A stretch of 64,000 nt of DNA from Octopus bimaculoides (Eukaryota): contig NC_068998.1 in NCBI RefSeq assembly GCF_001194135.2, positions 33,819,824-33,883,823 of the forward strand, given 5' to 3'. A program made the position numbers and the translations under genes. Below are positions 52,968-64,000 of the stretch, one piece after another. The notes under the pieces were generated by a model. The model was not told the DNA's origin, did not search any database, and worked only from the letters and a program-made list of their open reading frames with translations. Each line of letters begins with the position of its first letter. The first letter of the stretch is position 1.

Positions 52968-53003
52968 CTTTTACATTTCGAGCCTATGCTCTTCAACAGA
53001 AAG
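52968..53003 (-). ncRNA. Degenerate minimal hammerhead motif
   Basis: cttt-CTGTTGA-a-gagc[atag]gctc-GAAA-tgt-a-aaag; stems I and II pair, A6 is U, stem III reads ATGT instead of a palindromic ACGT. Confidence 0.5.
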
Positions 53004-53350
53004 GAACACAGAAATAAGCAGGGAGAGAAAATAAAAAAGGTTTAGTGGGTAGTGATCAATCATATGTATGTATGCATACATATATATATTTCCAAAAATT
53101 GTTTCAAGGAGTATATAATCCTGGCAGTTGCAGTGTTAACTCTTAGATTGGTTCCCAATGCCAGCTAGCCACAGCAAATGTTGGTTATACTCAAGTTAGT
53201 AACAATTTACTAGAATGAGTTATTATCCTCATTTGGACATATGCACATTTTGGTTGCAACCACTGCAGTCCAAGTGAAGAATGATGTAAATTACTGAATC
53301 TGCGCAAAACTCTATTCCCCTGATCTTCATTAATTTTGTTATCTCCCCCC

Positions 53351-53522
<172 letters not shown>

Positions 53523-53735
53523 GTATGTGTGCAAGTGTCTTTGTGTCTGTGTATTTCCTCTACCACCACTTTTAACAACTGGTGTTGGTGTATTTACATC
53601 CCCATAACTTAGCAGTTTAGCAAAAGAGACTGATAGAATTAGTACTGGGTTTAAAAATAGAAATTACTAAAGAAAAATTCGAGCCAGTGCTCCAGCTTGG
53701 CTTCAGTCTAATGACTGAAACAAGTAAGATAAAAG
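53523..53735 (+). mobile_element. SINE body (10970 family)
   Basis: ggtgttggtgtatttacatccccataacttagc..atgactgaaacaagtaag. Confidence 0.8.
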
Positions 53736-55407
53736 ATAAAAGAATAGTATAAATAACACCACATTATCAAATGACTGTCTTGCTTTAAGACAGTAGGATG
53801 TAATCTCGGAAAGATTTGACTGTGATTTCTAACAAATCAAATGATTATGTAGAAAATTAATCATTGGTTCACCACCTGCCTGCAGCTCCTAGGTTTAATA
53901 AAATAAGTAATGGGAATGATGTTCTGGGGTCAATTCATTCTTCAATATTGTGTCCATAAGAAGTTTGTAACTCTGCACAAACATGAGAAAACCTTGGGTT
54001 ACAGTTACACAGCCAGCCTATTTCTTGTCTATATTCTTGTCAGAGATTTCAATGTCATACTGCCAAGTGTCTTTTGCACTTTACATATTGTCAGCATTTC
54101 ACTATGAACCAGTCAGTCTTACAGTAAGAATAAAACTTATTCTTCAACAAGAAAATTTTTCTCACTATTTAAGGAATTTATTTTCTGCACTGTACTATGA
54201 ATACAAAGAAAAAAAAAGAAAAACAAAGCACTGCAAAATAAAATAAATAAACATCACGAATATGTTTTATAGGCATCAATTTAGTACATTATAGCCTGTC
54301 TAACATAAGTATTTTTGCGGGATTGAAAACACCAATTTCTGTAGAAGCAGGATAACATTACTGCAAACAGATAACGAGTATGTTAGTGTTTTTTTTTTTT
54401 AGAAAGATCCATCAATCATTAGAAACACCAAGGGGGAAAATGTTGTTGGAGTTAACAGATTTTTATAATTAATTGGTTCTAGCATGAGTGTTTGTCTACT
54501 ATATGCATTTGTGTGTGTGTGTGATTGTGTATGTGTGTGTATGTGTGCACACACGTGTGTGTGTGTGTATACATGCATCTGAGTAATTATATTATATAGC
54601 AAAACAAGACACAGAGTCATTTGTGCAGAGATAACAGTTAAATAGATTTGGTTGCAGGGAAGTAGTTTTCTTGATGTATCCAGTAATTGAATGAAGATTT
54701 AGTTTTATACGAAAGTGTTTGACATTAGTTTCAAACAATTATATATATCAACAAAATGGTTAGAGGCATTCTCACGCTGAGAAATGTTAACTTTTTTTAA
54801 ATATATAATTCAGGTCCACTGTCTGATTACAGACTCAGTGAGGCAACTAAAAGAAATAGATATGACAATACAAACATAAAATTATACATTCTTTAAACAA
54901 TTGATATATAATCAGTAGAAATCCATGTTAAGCATTCTGTGAAACTGCGACAGTCAGAATAAGGATTGTAGGATCTTCGTTTAGCTAACATTACAACTAT
55001 AGATCTGATAAAATGCAGCTAACCAGTGCTGTTTAACAATAGATAAACAACATTTGAGAAAAACTACTGTAAAAGTAAAATTATTTTATTGTTTGTCTGG
55101 GAAATATTGAATCAGATTGACAGTTAACTCATGAGTGGGCATTTTAAAGGTGTAAGGTTATTACTTAAGGGTAGTTCATGTTACAAAATCATACATTGAA
55201 TATTGTGTTTTATTTAATAGTAGCAGGGCTTTGATTACCTGAGCGTAACATTGGTTTCAAATTTAAAATGAAACATTCTGTTTCATTTGTGCACCTTAAT
55301 GTGATCTCTAACCACTATAAATGACCTAGCAATACTTATATTCTACTGAGTTGATTCATCATTTTTTTTGTTCTAAATATATTGCATAAAGACAGCATCT
55401 TCAATAT

Positions 55408-56580
55408 GAAGGTCAGCTGAAAAGTTTATAGGCTGACCAAGATACTTTCATGGAATGTTACCAATTGCAGTTTATTTTGCAACGTAACCCCATTTGTGGT
55501 CACATACTTCTTCCTTCAGTGTAGCAAGTGCATGCGTCCCACTGATGAAGAAGCTTTCATCCTGTTGGTCAAAAAAGTCATCAACAGCAGATATGACGTC
55601 ATTCTCACTGTGATGCTAGTTTCTAGTCAAGTGTTTTTTCATGTTAGGGAACAGATGATAATGAGATGGGGGCCAAATCAGGAGAATAAGGAGAGCAATC
55701 AACCAGTTCAAAGCCACAGTGATGCACATCAGCCATTGAAGCCAAGAACTTGTATCCTGGAGCATTGTCCTGAAGAAACAGGATCTCTTTCATCAGTTTC
55801 CCTGGGAGTTTGGTCTTGATAGTTTTTTGTAACTGCCTCAACAAGTTGGCATAGAACTCTCCATTGACAGTGTAGCCCTTTTGAAGATAGGAAATAAGTA
55901 TAATGCCTTTTGCATCCCAAAAGACTGAGATGAAACAATGTTGACCTTCTTTGGAGCATGTGGGGCGGAGTGTTTTCACTGTACTTTATTTGTCTTTTTA
56001 TCTCTGGCTCAAAGTGATGGACCCAAGACTCGTTCTAGCTCAGGAAATGTTCAAGGTAACCTGCTGAATCTGCCTCAAATAATGTCAGATTTTCCTTTGA
56101 TCTGATTAGCCTTTTCAACAGGTGTCAGATGTGGAATCCACCAAACAAAACCTTCATTGTGCAGAATATTCTCACTTTTCTCACAGCATTGACTATTTGA
56201 TTTATAGTCAATTGCCTGTCATCAGTGGTGGCAGTTTCAGGACATCCAGATCTTGGGTCATCTTCAAGCCTTTCCATTTCCCTCCTAACTTCAGCTGCCC
56301 AGTTTTGCACTGATGATAAAGCTGGGACATCAACCCCTAATGTAGTGACTATGCCAGCATGAATGTCCTTGGGAGCTAAATCCTTTTCTTGTAGGTACTT
56401 AATAACAGCACGATGCCAAATTTTGTCCATTTTCAAGAAAAGCCACTACTAGTTACTTTTGAAGCCTTCTTTGTACAGTCAGATGTCAATTAGTTTACCT
56501 TGAAAGAAACAATGCATCTATTAATAAGAAGTGTTAAAATTACTGTATACAAGATTTCACAGCTCCAGCATCACTCCCCC
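55408..56580 (-). mobile_element. Mariner relic
   Basis: ORFs LEDDPRSGCPET, VFWDAKGIILISYLQKG..FLQDNAP..PYSPDLAP; TIR at the left end. Confidence 0.85.
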
Positions 56581-56887
56581 ACCTTTGTAAGGAAGGATAT
56601 TAGGCTGTTTTAAATGGGACAAATAATTTCTTTCTGCAATATATTTTACACAATGAATATTTCCAAATTGCAAATTGTCTTTTAAACATCAAACTTAATT
56701 CTCAAGTCAGTTGAATTAAGTGGAGAAAGTTTGATGGTTGCTCCCCATAACAATGTCCTTGACATATCATTGCTAGAAGATCTTTTTTGTCAATGTACCT
56801 GCTCATTATAAAAAAAATTCTACCTAAGATATTGTCTTTAAAATGAACCCGTATATTTGAAGTCCTAAATTTTATAGGACAACATAC

Positions 56888-56937
56888 CTTCTGATGTGTA
56901 AGTGCCACCAATTAAACTCAGAAAAAATTGAGTTTAC
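56888..56937 (-). CDS. Candidate coding exon E (VNSIFSEFNWWHLHIR-R)
   Basis: Acceptor aacttgctag (weak tract), strong donor AAG/gtatgt, 50 bp; only the phase-0 frame is open; phase 0 to 2. Confidence 0.55.
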
Positions 56938-58030
56938 CTAGCAAGTTCAATTCTATGTTGAGTGATTTCATTTAACCTTATACCTGTTATATCTGCAAAT
57001 TCTGGGTAGAAAGCCTCTAAGCAGTTGCTTAACCTGTTAAAAATAGTGGCCAAATCTCACTCAGTTCACATTTGACTATGTTAGAGAAAGACGAATAATG
57101 CATCAAGAATAATGCAGTTCTACATATACCATAATGTTTTAAAATTTTGCCAGGGGTAACAGTAAATATTATCATAGATTTGCAAGACCAAGCCTGACTT
57201 GCTACTAAGCAAAATTAATAAAATAGATAAAAGAATTCATCATTTAATTGATGCTCCAACCATTAAATCCCAGGAAAAAATATTTTAAGTGGTGTTATTT
57301 AACACCAGATTAACCACAACAATATTACTGAGACTACCACAGTTACCAGAACCAACACAGATACAAGCAAAGGGAACCCCTATGTAGTTCTTAAATGGCT
57401 AGAAATGGCATCCAAATTTCTCTGAAATCACACTTCACCACCTTATATAAAGGTTGGACACATATTAGATGATGTGGTCCAAGATACCTCGCTATGAAAG
57501 GAGAGGCTGACTTTGGCTAAAAGCCTTTTTATCATAAGTCTCAACAGCAACATACTTAGGCCTTAAAATACTCTTATGTAGAGCAATAAATGAAAATTAT
57601 AGTTTCAGAAACCTTGCATTTTAATTCATAAAGAATTTGGTCATGTGAATATGAAAAAATCCTTAGGCATTGAGATTTGTTCTTTAATTTTGTCTGTATC
57701 TTAATGGAATGATATAATGAAATTAAAGAACTCTCTTATAGCATCACTCATTTCCTATCTTCTCCATATCATTCATTATATCTTTCTTCCAACTTCTCTC
57801 ATTTTTCCTAATCTCCTTTTAAATCTGCCTTTCCTTATTCCCTTCTTCCTCATTCCATCCCCCTCTCTCTTCACTTCCCCTCTGTCACACTCCCTCTTCT
57901 TTGAATTTATTTATCTTGTACCACTCTTCTGTTTCATATCGTTTCTCTCTGTTACTCTCCATTTTCACACACCTCACTTCATCATATATTTCTTTGTATC
58001 TATCTACTCTTAGGCTTATCTCTCAAGGCT

Positions 58031-61000
58031 CATTATCAAAATAAAATCTTTTATCAGACTTATTAATCTTAGCCAAGGTCTTATCTCTATCATTCAGTGT
58101 ATCAACAAACACTTCTAGGCAGAGTTCTCCAGAAATTGTAAGAAATTATCAAAATTCGTACAACTGTACAAGAGTCGCTTTCACCAGAGTTGTGTCTAAG
58201 TAACTACAACAGCAATTACTTATACCACTGCTACTGCATAATTTCAGTCCCACACCACTACCACCACCTCACAATTACTCATAGATTTGATACGGAGCTG
58301 GAGGGTTAATCAACAAAGCAAACTTTAATCACCAACACTATCACATTCTCTTAAACACAACTGCTTACAACAGTCAACACATATCTAAAACCATTCATAC
58401 ATACATTACTTGAAAACATGGAGTTCATTTTCCAGCTGCTGCCTTCCTTTTCCTAAGGGGAGCAACTCAATATCAACAACTGTTTTCTCCGGTTTTAAAT
58501 TAATATGATAATGCTAACATCTTGGGGTTTTCCAAAACTTCAAATTCCAATATTCACTGGTTTAATATGTCTCTCAAAATCTCAGAGGAAGTACTTGCTT
58601 TTGTTTATCTGAAATTTGCTCATGAATTCTGATCCATACTATCTTAACAGTTTTGTTACTTATCATTTATGTATGTAAACTTGAAGATAATCATTACTAA
58701 CAATATTAGATGAATTCAAGGTCCTCTATAAGTGATGAGTTGTTAGTTTTGCAGAGCACTTCTGGCAATCTGAGTACTTGAAATAAATTTCTTGTGTCAT
58801 AGAAACTATGACACTGGCTGAGCTGGGAACATGAGTCTTTGAAGCTAATATGTAGCGACATGATCCGAATGCTTTTGGGACATTTTGTCCTTGTTATTTT
58901 CAATGAATATAAAAAAAACTAACCTGTAAACATTTACTTTCCAAACTGGCATAACTGGCATCAAAACAACAGTTTATATTGAGATTTGAAGGTTTTTCCA
59001 AAACTGGAAAAGATATGGAGCCTTTCTTAGATTTCAATTTTGATAATACTCTATTAGCTTCAAACAGCATTCTTACTTAAATGTGTTTTTCAGTGTTGCT
59101 CATTCTGCAAACATCAAATAATACATAAGGATGAGTCTGTCTAAGACACCTACAACACTTGACCAATAAATCTTTTGAATTCAAATTTATCTTTTCTCAT
59201 CATTTTTCCAGAGTTACTTTCTGAAGTGTCATTGCCACCTTCATAATCACCAACATCTTTCTGATCCAAGACATCAGTGTTTTTCCTTAACCTTATCGTT
59301 ACCAACCCAGCTGCAACTGGCTCTGGCTCTGAGTACAAATGTCTTGTTTTCATAAGTTTTGAATTAAAATCTTTCACCAAACCTTAGTCACTATTTATGT
59401 TCCTAACACTAGCTGAATGATAACCAAGTTATTTTACTAAATTCTTTGTTATATTTAAAGGGTTTAATAGATCTTCATAACCTTCATTCACTTCTGCTCT
59501 ATCTTCAATATTCCTTTTAGGTTCTCTCATCACAATTTCCTTACTGTTCTTGTTCACCTTCATCATTAGACATGTGTGCATTTTATTAAATTCTTCTCCA
59601 TGCCTAACTTATATAAACTGACCTTCACTGCCCAACACTTTATGAGAATCATACCATCTTTTGAAATACTGTCTTCTATAATAAGTCTGGTCACCAGCCA
59701 CAAAATTTTTATCAGTATAACTCCTCCCTTTAGGCCACAATACTGTTCTGATTTTTTCATTAGTTTCAGCTTCCATGGAATTTTTTTCTTGCTTTATGAA
59801 GAGAATTTAAACTAATTATAATGATGTTACTAGTTGTTGTAGATCTGAAGGTAGGTAACTGGTTCACCAGAACTGATAGTGTGTTAGCATTCAAGCTGAA
59901 AACAAGTTCATTTGTTCTACATTCTGAATTCTTAAGTGAAATTTTCCCAATTATAGCCCATGCCAAGGCTGTTTCTGGCTCACATCTCTCATCAAATATT
60001 TTTGGCATTATTTCTGCTACTATCAAGCTGTGTCACTCCACAGTTTCATTACTAAATGGATTGCATATGACAGTAGTACAATGTAAATTTTCTCGTTCAT
60101 TTACCTGCAATAATCATTGTTAAACTCACTCCCAATCTCACTTAAAATATGACCAAGGGTTCCAAAATATGATATCCATATTAGAAATATCTTCCTAATG
60201 ATCTCTTCCATTTTCTTTGTTTTAATCAATCTAGTAGCATAGTATCTAGTAACAGCATCATTAAGATGCAGAACCCAAGACTTGTTTTGAATTTGTTCCT
60301 CTAGATCAAGACAAACTGTATCATTAAACTTATTCCTAAGCAGCAAAACTACCATTGGTGTCTCAGTGGTGAGAAATTCAGTAAGAGACACAAATTTTCT
60401 TAATGATTATAGACATTCATCTTTTCAGAAGTTTTTACTCTTCCAAACTAAGGACAACAGTTTTTCCCTTGGAAGGCAGTTTGGATGGTTATGTGTATAC
60501 TGGTATGATGTTAGGCTGTGTGCTGTCCCATAATAAAATGAACTCAAACGTTGTTTAAATAATATTTAATTTTACAGGAGTATATCACAATATTTACATA
60601 ATTATGTAGTTGCTTTCTAGTAGTGTATGTGCTAAAAGTAGAGAGTAGTTTGTACATTAATAACAGAAATGTATATCTCAGCTTTGCAAAAGATGTAGGG
60701 AAAATACTTTGTTCTTCTTAGTTGACAATTCCTTTAACCGAGAGTTGAATTGCAGCCAAGGAACTTTGTTTTCTTAAGGACTTGTCTGCATCCACACACA
60801 TGTGCATGCTGCACACATGGTGTCCTCAGCCACTTCTTTGCCTCTCTGCTTTTCTGCTTCTCTGACTGTGCTTGCCTGCATTGCCTTTTGTATAACCCCT
60901 TTCTACATGAGAACATCTGGAACATGATAAAACATTCTATAATACGGGGCAATATTTCCACAAGCTGATTGGTTGATATTCAGGGCATGTCCTCTGATTT

Positions 61001-61558
61001 AAGTGTGGTCTGATCATAGATACAAAAGATGGAAGATTTTGATTCTAGGCTTCACTACAGAAACATGAGAAAATTGTTGGTGAAGTCTTCCTCTACTTAG
61101 CTCTGGAAATCTATTTTAAATTTCTCAATGTTTGATTTTTAACAATTTTCTTTCAGTTTGTTACTTAAAGGAATACAATAGTGACCTGATGATGTGGGTT
61201 TTCGGCTTCACAGTTCTACTCTAAATCCAACAGCATTCATTTTAAAATTCCAGCATAATTTCCACCTGTTATCATAGATCTATAGCATAAAAGGAGAGGC
61301 AAATCAGCCTTCACAATATCAGCTTCAATATAAGCCCTGACAACACAGATAATAACTCAAAATTTGACCATCTAAGTAGACCTTATCTTCATTTCATTAT
61401 CAAAATAAAATCATTTGTCTGACTTATTAATCTTAGCCAAGGTTTTGTCTCTGTCATTCAGTGTACCAACAAACACTTCTAGGCAGAGTTCTCCAGAAAT
61501 TGTAAGAAACTATCAAAATTCGTACAACTGTATAAAGAGTCGCTTTTTACCAGAGTTG
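58031..61558. repeat. Direct repeat of about 162 bp at 58031-58192 and 61395-61558, bracketing the Copia relic
   Basis: cattatcaaaataaaatc..aaacacttctaggcagagttctccagaaattgtaagaaa..ccagagttg is present in both. Confidence 0.9.
58480..61260 (-). mobile_element. Copia-like LTR retrotransposon relic (integrase upstream of RT/RNase H)
   Basis: TSSGHYCIPL, FNDTVCLDL..LHLNDAVTRY..IWISYFGTLGHILSEIGSEFNND (integrase core), then FKRFIGQVL and DSCSQLSQCHSF further downstream on the minus strand. Confidence 0.75.
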
Positions 61559-61863
61559 ACATCTGTGTATATGACTCATTAATAAGATTACTTTAAAATG
61601 TTTCAACATAGAATAAAGCCTTATACACCTGATCAAATTCTACAGCTTTATTAACATGACTTAGCTGACACTCTTTGGCAAAATATACAGTAGACTTAAT
61701 TTTACCACTTGCTGCCTGTACGATTTGGCCTGATATAAGACTGTCACCTCTCTTTCTGTAACACTGACAGTTAACAATCTTTGGTTTATACTTCACAGCT
61801 GGCATAGCACACTCATTTCCAGCATTCTGCAAAAAGACATTTCTGATCAGGGAAAAGTATTAC

Positions 61864-61921
61864 CTTACTTTGAATCAGGTGAGGGTTGTTGACAGGAAGA
61901 GTATCTAGCCTTTCAATAAAG
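61864..61921 (-). CDS. Candidate coding exon D (FIERLDTLPVNNPHLIQSK)
   Basis: Acceptor gttggatacag, donor AAG/gtaata, 58 bp, phase 2 to 0. Confidence 0.6.
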
Positions 61922-62341
61922 CTGTATCCAACCAATGCAGACATGGAGAAGTGAGCATTAAAAACAATGATGATGGTGCTACATACATCATATAAATATC
62001 AGCTTGTGTATGTGTGTGTGCGTGTGTGCGTGCGTGCATGTGTGTGTGTGTTTCATTCATGTATGTCAATGGAAAGTGTGAATATCTAGCTTACAAATTT
62101 TGATCATTTTCTGTGAGAAGGGGCAGTGCCAATAGCTTTTTTTTATATCTTCCTAGATAAGATTAATATGAGTGTTGCTCAATTAAAATTATATTTTTGT
62201 GGTTGGAGGCAAAACATGTTTATTTTACAGAAAAAAAAAAAAAAAATAGCAGTTTAGATGTAAGCTGCAGAGGAACCACGAAAAAAATTTGTTGAATAAT
62301 GTAATTCCAGTTCCAGTAACATAACAGAAATTTAACAAATT

Positions 62342-62376
62342 AGAGAGAGAGAGAGAGAGGGAGAGGGAGAGGGAGA

Positions 62377-62410
<34 letters not shown>
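62342..62410. repeat. (GA)n/(GAGAGG)n microsatellite
   Basis: Direct inspection. Confidence 0.97.
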
Positions 62411-62414
<4 letters not shown>

Positions 62415-62702
62415 GAACTAATGGAATATAAATTAATACAATCTGCCTTAGTTTAATCTTCATCTTAACTTGTTTTCAAAATAACTCTATTTTCAGAATA
62501 ATTCAATCTAATAAATGAATATATTGTATAGATAAGATATAGTAAATTTCATCTGATATCTGATTGATTTGTTTAGAAAAGAGACACAAAAGTTCTGATA
62601 GAACTCAGTGAAACATCCAACAACCTCATTTCAGACAGATTAGTTTCAACTGATTTCCTTATGAAATAATAGAAAAATAATTTGTAAGTTGAGAAAACTA
62701 AC

Positions 62703-62828
62703 TGAGGAAGAAACATGTCTTGCACGTATTTTCTTTTTTGTTTTGTTGTTCTTGTCTTTGAGGGCATATCAAATTGAATAGCATTGAAACTTGAAATCTC
62801 AATAAACAAGATTTCTCCAGGTGAAATA
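62703..62828 (-). CDS. Candidate coding exon C (ISPGEILFIEISSFNAIQFDMPSKTRTTKQKRKYVQDMFLP-H)
   Basis: Acceptor catgttccaacag, donor TCA/gttagt, 126 bp, phase 2 to 2; lies in the frame of track ORF 62573..62860. Confidence 0.6.
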
Positions 62829-62913
62829 CTGTTGGAACATGTTGTAAATTTTAATGACAATAAGTTTTACAAGGTAACATATCATCAACATACACACACA
62901 CTCTCTCTCTCTC

Positions 62914-62944
<31 letters not shown>

Positions 62945-63115
62945 AAGTTTCAGTTGATTTATAAACATCATTTTCTCTCTCAATAATTGAAACCAGTTTT
63001 ATTTTATTAGGAAGTTTGGAATTGAAATCTGAAAATAATTAATGTAGTTTTTAAATAAAAGCTTGAATAATGTTTTACTTTCTCAGTTATGTCATTTTCT
63101 GAATGTTTTAATTAC

Positions 63116-63150
63116 CAAAACAAGTCTGATGTACTTGAAGTTGATAGATT
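63116..63150 (-). CDS. Candidate coding exon B (NLSTSSTSDLF-C)
   Basis: Long pyrimidine tract ending taag, donor TTG/gtaatt, 35 bp, phase 0 to 2; bridges exons A and C in frame. Confidence 0.55.
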
Positions 63151-63197
63151 CTTAGTTGAATCAGAAATTATTGAAGAAAAGAAAGAAATAGTGTGTG

Positions 63198-63239
<42 letters not shown>

Positions 63240-63423
63240 CGTGCGTGCGTGCATGCATGCACATGTGTCAACAAGGGAAAAAGGAAGAGAAAGTGAAATT
63301 GTTTCCAAATTACTGTGTTGATTGAGTAAAATATTGAATGAATTAAAGAAAAAGTATCCTTGAATAGAATAAGATTTTGAAACTACAAAAGTCTAAATTT
63401 TTCAAATCAACATTATTATTTAC

Positions 63424-63499
63424 TTGAGTGAAATGTTTCTTAAGGGTATCAAATATATTTTGCATGGCTTTCTGAGTTAATAGGATATCAGGCAACCAT
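63424..63499 (-). CDS. Candidate coding exon A of an unidentified minus-strand gene (WLPDILLTQKAMQNIFDTLKKHFTQ)
   Basis: Acceptor ccgctaccttttaag, donor CAA/gtaaat, 76 bp open, phase 2 to 0; matches the phase of exon B. Confidence 0.6.
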
Positions 63500-64000
63500 C
63501 TTAAAAGGTAGCGGATTATAATTTAACATAGACATTGTTTTGTATGTAAGAAGTACACTTAACCATGAGGTTCTGAGATCAGTCTTATTGCATGGTACTG
63601 TTTGTATTATAGCTTAAGATTAACTAAATCTATGAAAGGGAATTTGATACTCTCATTTGTTTGTATAGATGTACACTCATTGGTTGCCAGCTCTGACCTG
63701 CTACTGATCACACAGATGGCATGGTGGTAGTATTTGGGAGAATGTGATGTTGATCTTAAAGGTAAAGGTAGTAGTGAGAGTGATTGAAGTTTATGTTAAT
63801 TTTGTTTTTCTTTTTTAGCCTTGTTGTAGCATTGGTGGTGATTGAGGTCTTTGTTGTTGTTTAGCCTCATTTCAGCCAAAATTAGGGTGGTGATGATGGA
63901 GGTAGTGGTGGGTAGTTGTTATTTAGCCCAAGATCAGCCTTGAATGATCAAATAAAAGATCAAAAGTGTTCATGCCATGACCAGCTAATCTTTTAGACAT

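Noticed and set aside
53890-54122. Overlapping ORFs and an exon-like 54043-54122 on the plus strand
   Set aside because: Two frames are open, the flanking frames have stops and no partner links in; possibly a decayed retroelement
56888-56937. Assigning the gene to FAM227 (FWWh domain) from FNWWHLH
   Set aside because: The resemblance is short and out of register; no gene symbol can be justified without a profile search

Overview
AT-rich, repeat-dense eukaryotic genomic DNA with 7 N-gaps. The SINE, microsatellite and transposon content points to an octopus (coleoid cephalopod) draft assembly; this is an inference. No rRNA, true tRNA or CRISPR array is supported, and nearly all ORFs in the supplied track are microsatellite, N-gap or transposon artefacts. 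Reading the minus strand for GT-AG exons gave a chain of 8 short exons (63499 down to 33191) whose reading phases all match. They splice into about 175 aa of a protein I do not recognise, and weaker candidate exons continue to 2798, so the window is probably the intron-rich body of one minus-strand gene. The introns hold Tc1/mariner relics, a piggyBac nested in an RTE LINE, an R4/Dong-like LINE, a Copia-like relic, Penelope-like fragments and many SINEs. The most notable non-coding observations are several minimal hammerhead-ribozyme motifs on the gene's sense strand (one intact, one with a G3:C8 core swap) and four long inverted repeats, one with a 76-bp perfect stem. Repeat coordinates are approximate to about 10-20 bp; exon and ribozyme coordinates were counted base by base.
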